Assembly (NCBI GenBank): GCA_965204375.1
Contig: OZ241986.1
Coordinates: forward strand, 1,536,001 to 1,600,000
From: Candidatus Latescibacterota bacterium
Lineage (GTDB): Bacteria; Latescibacterota; UBA2968
Direction of reading: 5' to 3'
DNA: 64,000 bases
Part shown: positions 18,762 through 26,657 of the stretch, piece by piece
Position numbering within the stretch: position 1 is the first letter of the stretch
Layout of the letters: every line of letters starts with the position of its first letter
Notes under the pieces: model-generated
Seen by the model: the letters and a program-made list of their open reading frames with translations, nothing else
Database searches by the model: none
Told to the model about the DNA's origin: nothing
Translations under genes and position numbers: made by a program

Positions 18762-20741
18762 TCACCATCCATGCACAATATGGCCTGCGTCGGGAAACCA
18801 GATGGCATCAACGCCTGTAGAGATGCCAACGCCAAGCAAGTAGCCGATCATGAGGCCGTACCAGAAGGGCAGAGATTTGCGATAGAGTGCGACACCGCCA
18901 AAGCGCATGATAAGTGCTTTGGTCGCCCATACAACGAGCAGGCTAAAACCATAGCGGCGGGTGGGAAAGGCGATGGCTACGGGATTAAAGGGCCACCATG
19001 AAAAGCGCGTGCGTATGTAAGTCAAAAAACCGGCTATCGCAAATCCCCAGAGCCACACACCCAATTTTTCGATGTCGAAGTAGAGTATTGTCGAGCCTTC
19101 TACATAAGGCACCAGGCGCACGAGATGGTTCCAGTCGCCCAAATAGAGTGGTCCGTTCATTCCGCCGTCCATGTAGCTGCGATACAGCGAATCGGTCGCA
19201 GTTGTGATACAGCCAGTGATGTAGGCGATGGGGATAATGGCCCAGACCATGGGATGTCGCTTGAAGTGGTTGCCCAGCATGCGAAAGTAGTGGGGAACAG
19301 ACATGGTGCCGGTGAGGCGAATGGGCATGCCGGCAAAGCCATTGCGGTTGATCATCCAGATTGTCGTGAGTGTTCCGGGCGACATGTTGGCCGTGCCACC
19401 CATCTGCATCCACACATTGCCTCCCTTATCGGCACCCAGACCGCCGGTACTTCCGGGGGATAAAAAGGTGAATCCGGTTGCTGCGGCGTATTTGGCAACG
19501 CCGAATAGCGCGATAAACATCAAGATGAGCTGCACTATGGTTGCCCACAATTCCATGCCTGCTGCCAGACACCAGCCCGCGAGGAATATGGCCGAAGCCG
19601 CGAGGCCGAGCCAGGCTGTTCGATAGGTGACCGGTGTTCCATCGTCTGAGGCGCGGTTGCTCATCAGCGCACATTCGAGGGTGTTTTTGAGGTGGTTGCG
19701 CGATACCCATAATGACCAGGCCACGAGAAAAACGAGTGCGCCGTGGGATTCGAAGCTGAGTATTTCTGCCGGTGTTGCTTGTTGTCCCTGTAACCCCACT
19801 GTAATGCCAGTCTGGTTCATCAGACCTTCTTTGAGGATGTTGAGGACATTGTAAAACCAGAAGCTGAAGAGCAAGTCGAGCGGGCATAAATAGGCCAGGC
19901 CCATTATCAGGGGTTGCATGCGTAAAAAATATCTCGGATAGTGATAGCCGATGTTTATAGCCATTTGTCCAGCGAGGTCGTAGATGGGAATATGGGGCAG
20001 GGTGTGGACAAAATAACCCGCGATATTCCAGCATATTACAAAGACCGAAATGCCAAATCCCACCCAAAATAGGGGGGCGTGAAAGACGACAGGCAGGCGA
20101 TAGCCGGGTTCTTCGCGCAACATTTCGGTGGGGAAGGTGGCCATCGGAAAGGTGAGACGCTCTTTTTCGTGCCACTGTTTAAAGAATAAGACACTACAAA
20201 AAAAACCAGCCATGACCACGGATAAGCAGGCGGCGGTCCACCAGAAGAGAGGGCGGATCCACGGTTGCCAGGGAATAGCTGTGTTGGGTTCTAATCCCCC
20301 GTAGAGTTGTCCGATGACCACGGGCGATTTTTGCATAAAGAGCCAGTCTGGCAGAAAGGGGGCAATGACATCGCCCACGCGGTTTTCCGGCGATGCGAGG
20401 TGTACCGGGGCAGAAATGTTGGCCAGAAGATAGCCCGCCCAACCCGTGGTGGGCAGGTTGCCCACGAGCCAGACCATGAAGAAGATGGTCAACATTTCCG
20501 TGCGCGATAAGGCGCGTTTTGGCGCGACGAGTTTGAGTATGGCATTGATGCCGACCCAGGCGACAAAGGGAATCAGAGCCGATACGGGCATGTAGTTTTT
20601 GATCATATTCCACGCAAAATGCGTGATGTAGATCGTCATGAGGGCAATGGTCAAGATACCGAGCATGACCGCGCGTACCGTGATCCCTCGATCCTGCACA
20701 TCGGGATGGGTTTCAGGAGATATGTCTGTTTGTATGGCCAT
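18762..20741 (-). CDS. DUF6785/DUF6784-like multipass membrane protein (putative transporter)
   Basis: Many TM helices; ASPEN, IPWQPWIRPLFWW, KQWHEKERLTFP, RFSWWPFNPV, PFWYGLMIG. Confidence 0.75.
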   Translation of the reverse strand: MAIQTDISPETHPDVQDRGITVRAVMLGILTIALMTIYITHFAWNMIKNYMPVSALIPFVAWVGINAILKLVAPKRALSRTEMLTIFFMVWLVGNLPTTGWAGYLLANISAPVHLASPENRVGDVIAPFLPDWLFMQKSPVVIGQLYGGLEPNTAIPWQPWIRPLFWWTAACLSVVMAGFFCSVLFFKQWHEKERLTFPMATFPTEMLREEPGYRLPVVFHAPLFWVGFGISVFVICWNIAGYFVHTLPHIPIYDLAGQMAINIGYHYPRYFLRMQPLIMGLAYLCPLDLLFSFWFYNVLNILKEGLMNQTGITVGLQGQQATPAEILSFESHGALVFLVAWSLWVSRNHLKNTLECALMSNRASDDGTPVTYRTAWLGLAASAIFLAGWCLAAGMELWATIVQLILMFIALFGVAKYAAATGFTFLSPGSTGGLGADKGGNVWMQMGGTANMSPGTLTTIWMINRNGFAGMPIRLTGTMSVPHYFRMLGNHFKRHPMVWAIIPIAYITGCITTATDSLYRSYMDGGMNGPLYLGDWNHLVRLVPYVEGSTILYFDIEKLGVWLWGFAIAGFLTYIRTRFSWWPFNPVAIAFPTRRYGFSLLVVWATKALIMRFGGVALYRKSLPFWYGLMIGYLLGVGISTGVDAIWFPDAGHIVHGW

Positions 20742-20765
20742 TTGTAAAATCGGAACGAATGTTTG

Positions 20766-22265
20766 TCAGTCCCGAACTTCGTAACCCAGTGATCTGAGTT
20801 TGTCTTCCTGTCCTACGGGTGTATGCAAGGTAGTGTAGAATTTGTCGAGCAGTGCTTTGGGTTGTTGGGGTGTGGATAGGCTTACGATAATGGTGAGGAG
20901 TACACCCGTACTGAGATACCAGACCACCTGGTCCATGAACTCCAGATGGAAATAGTTGCGGGTAATCCACCACACGAGGGCAGAACCGATCAGGCCAGCC
21001 CACGCGCCGTACCCATTGCACCGTCGCCACAAGATACCTCCCCATACTGCGATGCCCCAGAAGGCGGGGAGTGCCGAGAGAAAGCGCCACAATTCGACCA
21101 CGCTGCCAAAAATTTCCGTCACGACAATGCCTGCGATGACCATGAGGATGCCCATAATCCGTCCCGCATTGAGATAGTGGTGGTCGTCTTTTTCTCTCGC
21201 AAAATAGGGTTTGTAAATATTTTCGACAAAGAGTGCCGATCCGGCGACCATAAACGAGTCGCAAGAAGACATAACGGCGGCGAGCATAGATGCCAGCATG
21301 ACACCGACGAGGCCAACGGGTAGCAGGTCGCGTGTTGCCATGCCAAAGACGAGTTCGGGATCGTCTATGTTGGGATAGATAACCATGGCACCCACGCCGA
21401 TGAACGCCCAAGCAATGGTGCAAAAGCGTTTGATCATGTTGCCATAGGTAAATCCTACACGGCCTTCCCATTCTGTTTTGCCAGATCCGCCCATTTCCAT
21501 GCAGTGGGGTTGTCCGGGGATGTTGAACAGGGTATTGATAGTGAGTATAATGACAAATGCGAGGGAGATGCGGTCATAGCCAGGCGGCGGATCATCTGGC
21601 GCGGTGAGTCCAAACACATCCTGTGGTAGTGTTTGATGCAGCCCGGTAAAGCCACCGACTTGATCGAGCAGAAATGGGCAGAGCAGAAAAGACAGAACAA
21701 TGACGAATATGCCCTGGATAAAGTCCGTGATTACAGCCGCTTGCAGGCCGCCTAACAGACCATAGGATACAAATAAAATTGTCATGACAATGATGCAGGT
21801 TTCCGTACTGAGCACACCGCCGGTAATCCCGCTTGCCATTTTTCCCGTGCCTTCGAGCATAATACCCATGGCGAGCACGTAAAAGATGACGCCAAAGATC
21901 GTATATGCCGGGCCGAGGCCTTTGCCAAAACGCTCGTCAAAAAAGTCGCCCGTGGTGATATAGCGCATGCGCCGAAAAAGGGGCATCATGATCCAGTAAA
22001 ACGGGGTGCAAAACAGGGGTAGCCACGCATACCATATCCCGCGCATCCCCATTTTGTAAGAGGCACCGACGACATTAACGGCTGCGTCGGTATGGGTTCC
22101 AGTGCCAAAGGCATGCATGATGAGCACGGCTTTGCCAAATTTGCGCCCGCCCATAAAATAATCGAGTGTGCCTTTGACTCCTCGAGATGCAACGAGGCCA
22201 ATGGTGGTGATGCCCACGAGATAAATGCCAAGTGTGATCACGTCGTAGATGTGCAGACCAAACAT
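20766..22265 (-). CDS. Sodium:solute symporter family protein
   Basis: GGAGG RBS before ATG 22265; DYFMGGRKFG, GGLQAAVITDFIQG, LAAVMSSCDS. Confidence 0.92.
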   Translation of the reverse strand: MFGLHIYDVITLGIYLVGITTIGLVASRGVKGTLDYFMGGRKFGKAVLIMHAFGTGTHTDAAVNVVGASYKMGMRGIWYAWLPLFCTPFYWIMMPLFRRMRYITTGDFFDERFGKGLGPAYTIFGVIFYVLAMGIMLEGTGKMASGITGGVLSTETCIIVMTILFVSYGLLGGLQAAVITDFIQGIFVIVLSFLLCPFLLDQVGGFTGLHQTLPQDVFGLTAPDDPPPGYDRISLAFVIILTINTLFNIPGQPHCMEMGGSGKTEWEGRVGFTYGNMIKRFCTIAWAFIGVGAMVIYPNIDDPELVFGMATRDLLPVGLVGVMLASMLAAVMSSCDSFMVAGSALFVENIYKPYFAREKDDHHYLNAGRIMGILMVIAGIVVTEIFGSVVELWRFLSALPAFWGIAVWGGILWRRCNGYGAWAGLIGSALVWWITRNYFHLEFMDQVVWYLSTGVLLTIIVSLSTPQQPKALLDKFYTTLHTPVGQEDKLRSLGYEVRD

Positions 22266-22374
22266 GAATCCTCCAGTGAAAAGCATTTTTATGACGGGGC
22301 AAAATAGGGCGAAGGTTTGAAAATTTCAACTTAAAATTTATATATTTTCTGGTGAATCTAGAAAGGAGGCTGTT

Positions 22375-23232
22375 ATGGACATTTATGAGAAGTATTTTTT
22401 TGATGTAAATGGATATCTGGTTGTGGAGGATATTTTGTCTGCCGAGCAAGTCGCAGCACTCAACGAGGCGATTGATCACAATCGGGATAGGGTTCGAATT
22501 CGAGAAGGGGAGGAGAGGTTGTCGGGTGGTGCGGGTGCCGGTGAGGTTTCTGTTGCACTGGAAGGCACACATGGGCGAGGGGATATCGGGAGTATTTTGA
22601 GATGGCCGAAACCGTGGTGTCAACCCTTCCGCGATTTGTTATCTCATTTGCCAACGATGCACTATATGCTCGATATGATCGGGAATGGGTTCCGCTATGG
22701 CAATGCCAATGGGATTAGCATGACCAGAGGGGCAGAAGGGCATTTGCTTCACGGTGGGGGCGGATTTTTAGGCGGGCATATGTATTTTTGCAAAGACGGG
22801 AAGATGTGGAATAATCTGATTGCCGTGTGTTACCAGCTTGCCGATGTCAATCCCGGCGAAGGTGGGTTTGTGTGTATTCCCGGCAGTCACAAGGCAAATT
22901 TTGAATGTCCGACGGATGTGCGCCGAATGGAACGAGATTTGGGGTGTTTTAAGCATATTCCCATGAAGGCGGGTTCTGCAGTGATTTTTACCGAGGCACT
23001 GACGCATGGCGCGATGCCGTGGACCGCAGATCACGAGCGACGGACCCTGTTGTATCGCTATGCCGCGGGGGGATATGTCAACCCACCCAGTGGCAATGAT
23101 CCCGCGAAATACGCGCCATTTATGGATGAGTTGACACCACTTCAGCAGGCTATTATGCAACCCCCGCACAATGCGGGGCGCCTGGATGTCGCCGCGCTGA
23201 TCAAGGCGGAGGAAAAAGCAAGTGTAAAATAG
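22375..23232 (+). CDS. Phytanoyl-CoA dioxygenase (PhyH) family Fe/2OG enzyme, copy 1
   Basis: FDVNGYLVVEDIL, LHGG, GGFVCIPGSHK, FTEALTHG, RRTLLYRY. Confidence 0.88.
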   Translation: MDIYEKYFFDVNGYLVVEDILSAEQVAALNEAIDHNRDRVRIREGEERLSGGAGAGEVSVALEGTHGRGDIGSILRWPKPWCQPFRDLLSHLPTMHYMLDMIGNGFRYGNANGISMTRGAEGHLLHGGGGFLGGHMYFCKDGKMWNNLIAVCYQLADVNPGEGGFVCIPGSHKANFECPTDVRRMERDLGCFKHIPMKAGSAVIFTEALTHGAMPWTADHERRTLLYRYAAGGYVNPPSGNDPAKYAPFMDELTPLQQAIMQPPHNAGRLDVAALIKAEEKASVK

Positions 23233-23236
23233 TGGG

Positions 23237-23327
23237 CACGTCGTAGGTGTGCAGGTCAAACATGAATCCTCCTGAGCAAAGCGTTTTAATGAGGGAAGAA
23301 ATAGAGTGAAGGCAGAATATTTTCAAC
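23237..23327 (-). repeat. Diverged duplicate of the symporter start and symporter/PhyH intergenic region
   Basis: Aligns with 22239-22330; ATG 23263 encodes MFDLHTYDV versus MFGLHIYDV. Confidence 0.8.
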
Positions 23328-23405
23328 CCATAATTCGCTTGACAGAGTGTTTTTTCCTGTCTATATGTTCAATGATACATTTATAGACCAAAGGAGACTA
23401 TAAAC

Positions 23406-23672
23406 ATGGCAAACACGATCAAACTATCTGTGGAATTTCCCGAGTCCTTAGTCGCGGACCTTTGGATAGATGAGGCTACAGTTTCTGCAAAAATGAAAGA
23501 AGCCGTGGTGCTAGATCTTTTTCGCCAAAAGCGCATCTCGATTCGCAAAGGTGCCGAACTATTGGGTCTCTCCTATCGCGAATTTTTGGATCTCCTCTCC
23601 CGTCGCCAAGTCCCGGTCACTGATTACGAAGAGGGTGAGATTGATTGCGATTTGCTTCAACGCGCTATATGA
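23406..23672 (+). CDS. UPF0175 family protein (putative antitoxin), orphan
   Basis: AAGGAG RBS; LFRQKRISIRKGAELLGLSYREFLDLL. Confidence 0.85.
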   Translation: MANTIKLSVEFPESLVADLWIDEATVSAKMKEAVVLDLFRQKRISIRKGAELLGLSYREFLDLLSRRQVPVTDYEEGEIDCDLLQRAI

Positions 23673-23700
23673 ACTTGTAAATACGTTGTGTAGCGGATGG

Positions 23701-23793
23701 GTGGTATTGATAGGGTATTGGAGGATCGAAAGGAATACAAAACGAGTAATTAGACAGGAGGAGGTTTTATGAATACAAATTTCTCCCGCGAGG
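23701..23793 (+). repeat. Diverged duplicate of the leader and first codons of the 2Fe-2S gene at 26013
   Basis: Aligns with 25945-26036; ATG 23769 encodes MNTNFSREAV versus MNTNFSQEVV. Confidence 0.85.
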
Positions 23794-23800
23794 CGGTAAT

Positions 23801-23837
23801 GGTAGGCGCGGTGGATTAGTTATCCATCGCGCCTACC
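23801..23837. repeat. GTAG-type REP-like palindrome
   Basis: GGTAGGCGCGGTGGA-TTAGTTA-TCCATCGCGCCTACC. Confidence 0.7.
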
Positions 23838-23943
23838 TATTTTTAATGCGAGGCAAATAGGGCGGAAATGAGATATTTGCAACTTTAAATTTGCGCTGTC
23901 ATTTTTCAATGCATCCACGGGATAATCCTGTAAGGAGGTTGTG

Positions 23944-24801
23944 ATGGACATTTATGAGAAGTATTTTTTTGATGTAAATGGATATCTGGTTGTGGAGGAT
24001 ATTTTGTCTGCCGAGCAAGTCGCAGCACTCAACGAGGCGATTGATCACAATCGGGATAGGGTTCGAATTCGAGAAGGGGAGGAGAGGTTGTCGGGTGGTG
24101 CGGGTGCCGGTGAGGTTTCTGTTGCACTGGAAGGCACACATGGGCGAGGGGATATCGGGAGTATTTTGAGATGGCCGAAAACGTGGTGTCAACCCTTCCG
24201 CGATTTGTTATCTCATTTGCCAACGATGCGCTATATGCTCGATATGATCGGCAATGGGTTCCGCTATGGCAATGCCAATGGAATTAGCATGACCAAAGGC
24301 GCAGAAGGCTGTTTGCTTCATGGTGGCGGTGGATTTTTGGGTGGTCATATGTATTTTTGCAGGGATGGAAAGATGTGGAATAATCTGATTGCCGTGTGTT
24401 ATCAACTCGCCGACGTCAATCCCGGCGACGGTGGATTTGTATGTATTCCCGGCAGTCATAAGGCAAATTTTGAATGTCCGACGGATGTGCGCCGAATGGA
24501 GCGGGATTTGGGGTGTTTTAAGCATATTCCCCTGAAGGCGGGATCAGCGGTGATATTTACCGAGGCACTGACGCATGGCGCGATGCCGTGGACTGCGGAT
24601 CACGAGCGACGAACCCTGTTGTATCGCTATGCCGCGGGGGGATATGTCAACCCGCCCAGTGGCAATGATCCCACAAAGTACGCGCCATTTATGGATGAGT
24701 TGACACCACTTCAGCAGGCTATTATGCAACCCCCGCACAATGCGGGGCGCCTGGATGTCGCCGCGTTGATTGAAGCGGAGGAAAAAACAGGTGTTCAATA
24801 A
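23944..24801 (+). CDS. PhyH family Fe/2OG enzyme, copy 2
   Basis: 12 aa differences from copy 1 over 285 aa by manual comparison; AAGGAGG RBS. Confidence 0.88.
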   Translation: MDIYEKYFFDVNGYLVVEDILSAEQVAALNEAIDHNRDRVRIREGEERLSGGAGAGEVSVALEGTHGRGDIGSILRWPKTWCQPFRDLLSHLPTMRYMLDMIGNGFRYGNANGISMTKGAEGCLLHGGGGFLGGHMYFCRDGKMWNNLIAVCYQLADVNPGDGGFVCIPGSHKANFECPTDVRRMERDLGCFKHIPLKAGSAVIFTEALTHGAMPWTADHERRTLLYRYAAGGYVNPPSGNDPTKYAPFMDELTPLQQAIMQPPHNAGRLDVAALIEAEEKTGVQ

Positions 24802-25070
24802 ATGCCAGACAAGGGTGCAAAAGCGTTTGATTTACAGGATTTTCTGTTGACAGGCTGTTTTTTTCTATCTATCCTGAATAATTCATGAATTTGCTAAAAA
24901 TTTTCATAATTTTTTGCAGAACAATCAGTTATGTCATGAGTGCCAAAAATTTTTGTTTTGGGGCAATAACTGAAAAGTCCAGTATTTACACAGATTTCTC
25001 AGATTTTATGAATTAGTCGGGCTATATGTTTAATGTAGATTTGACAATGGTCTATCAATGAAAGAAAAGA

Positions 25071-25940
25071 ATGCAAAAATTGCTGTTTAGTGACAAAGAA
25101 GAACCCTTAAAGGCGGTCAACGTCGCCTCGGTTCCTCAGCGCAGTCCATTTCGATATCCCGGAGGTAAGACATGGTTTGTGCCTCGTCTTCGAGAATGGC
25201 TCATCTCGCAACCAAAACGCCCCAGGCTCATGGTTGAGCCTTTTGTTGGAGGCGGTATTATTTCTTTAACAGCAATTTTTGAGAGCCTGGTCAAAACTGC
25301 GTTGATGGTTGAACTCGATGAGGATGTCGCGGCTGTATGGCAGACGATTATTGATGGTGATGCAGAATGGCTTGCTAAGAGAATACTAAACTTTGAAATG
25401 TCGAGGGAAAACGCTATTGCCGAGATCAATATCCATAGAAGATTAACCAAAGAAAAAGCATTTCAAACTATCATAAAAAACCGCACGTTTCACAGTGGAA
25501 TTTTGGCGGCGGGAGCCGGATTTCTGAAGAATGGCGAATCGGGCAAAGGTGTGCTCTCTCGCTGGTATCCCACCACACTTGCCAAGCGTCTGCGAGCTAT
25601 TAACCTGATGCGAGACAAATTGCGTTTCGAGCATGGTGATGCGTTTGATGTATTGGAGCGATACAAAAATGATGAAGAGGTGGTGTTTTTTATTGATCCC
25701 CCTTATACTGCTGGTGGCAAGAAAGCAGGTAGTCGCCTTTATACGCACTTTGAATTAGACCACGAAGCTCTTTTTGCGGCCTGTAGAAGTCTAAAAGGCG
25801 ACTTTATAATGACTTATGACAATGCTGAAGAAGTTAAAAATCTTGCGCGAAAGCATCATTTAATGGCTAAGCCTATACCCATGAAGAATACACACCACGC
25901 CGCAATGACAGAGCTTGTTATTGGAAGGGACCTGTCGTAG
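25071..25940 (+). CDS. Dam-family (D12-class) N6-adenine DNA methyltransferase, no adjacent endonuclease
   Basis: SPFRYPGGK, VEPFVGGG, FIDPPY motifs. Confidence 0.9.
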   Translation: MQKLLFSDKEEPLKAVNVASVPQRSPFRYPGGKTWFVPRLREWLISQPKRPRLMVEPFVGGGIISLTAIFESLVKTALMVELDEDVAAVWQTIIDGDAEWLAKRILNFEMSRENAIAEINIHRRLTKEKAFQTIIKNRTFHSGILAAGAGFLKNGESGKGVLSRWYPTTLAKRLRAINLMRDKLRFEHGDAFDVLERYKNDEEVVFFIDPPYTAGGKKAGSRLYTHFELDHEALFAACRSLKGDFIMTYDNAEEVKNLARKHHLMAKPIPMKNTHHAAMTELVIGRDLS

Positions 25941-26012
25941 ATGCGTGGCGTTGATAGGGTGTTGGAGGATCGAAGGGAATACAAAACGAGTAATTGATCA
26001 GGAGGAGGTTTT

Positions 26013-26657
26013 ATGAATACAAATTTTTCCCAAGAGGTCGTTTTTTCAGATGACGCGGCAATGGGGCGGGCGGGGATGTCGAGGCGCGATTTTATCAAAG
26101 GGATTATTGCCACTGGCGCGTCTATTTCTGCAATGGGATATGTGTTTGGAGGCTGTGCGGGTGATATGGGTAGCGCGCCGGGCGCGGTTGAGCGGCTCAT
26201 TTCTCTAAATGTAAATGGTCGCGTGCGTCGCGTTGATGTTTTGCCACAGGAAACACTGGCGATGACGTTGCGGTATAAGCTGGGGCTTACGGGCACAAAG
26301 CTGGGATGCGATCGGGGTGAATGCGGTGCGTGTACGGTGCTGGTTGACGATGTGGCGATGTATTCGTGTTCGACTTTAACCCACCGCGTACGGGGCCGTT
26401 CGGTTGTGACTGTTGAGGGCCTTGAAGGTGAAGATGGCGCGCTACATCCGGTGCAGCGAGCATTTATTGAAGAACTGGGGCCTCAGTGCGGATTTTGCAC
26501 GCCGGGGCAGGTGATGTCTGCTGTAGCGCTGCTCAAGATCAACCCGAGTCCAACCCGCGAAGAAGCGAGGGTTGCCATGTCTGGAAACCTTTGTCGCTGT
26601 GGTGCTTACGACAATTATCTAAACTCAGTGATGCGCGCAGCAAAGGAGGCTTCTTAA
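26013..26657 (+). CDS. Tat-exported (2Fe-2S) subunit of a xanthine dehydrogenase-family oxidoreductase (PaoA/YagT-like)
   Basis: SRRDFIK twin-arginine motif; GCDRGECGAC, QCGFCTPG, NLCRC. Confidence 0.9.
   Translation: MNTNFSQEVVFSDDAAMGRAGMSRRDFIKGIIATGASISAMGYVFGGCAGDMGSAPGAVERLISLNVNGRVRRVDVLPQETLAMTLRYKLGLTGTKLGCDRGECGACTVLVDDVAMYSCSTLTHRVRGRSVVTVEGLEGEDGALHPVQRAFIEELGPQCGFCTPGQVMSAVALLKINPSPTREEARVAMSGNLCRCGAYDNYLNSVMRAAKEAS

Noticed and set aside
24870-25020. AT-rich inverted repeats upstream of the MTase as an operator or ncRNA
   Set aside because: Short imperfect pairings in low-complexity sequence; not distinguishable from chance by eye
25071-25940. GATC-specific Dam acting with the nuclease-deficient MutL
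   Set aside because: Specificity cannot be read from the sequence, the gene sits in a variable slot, and no mutH is in the window
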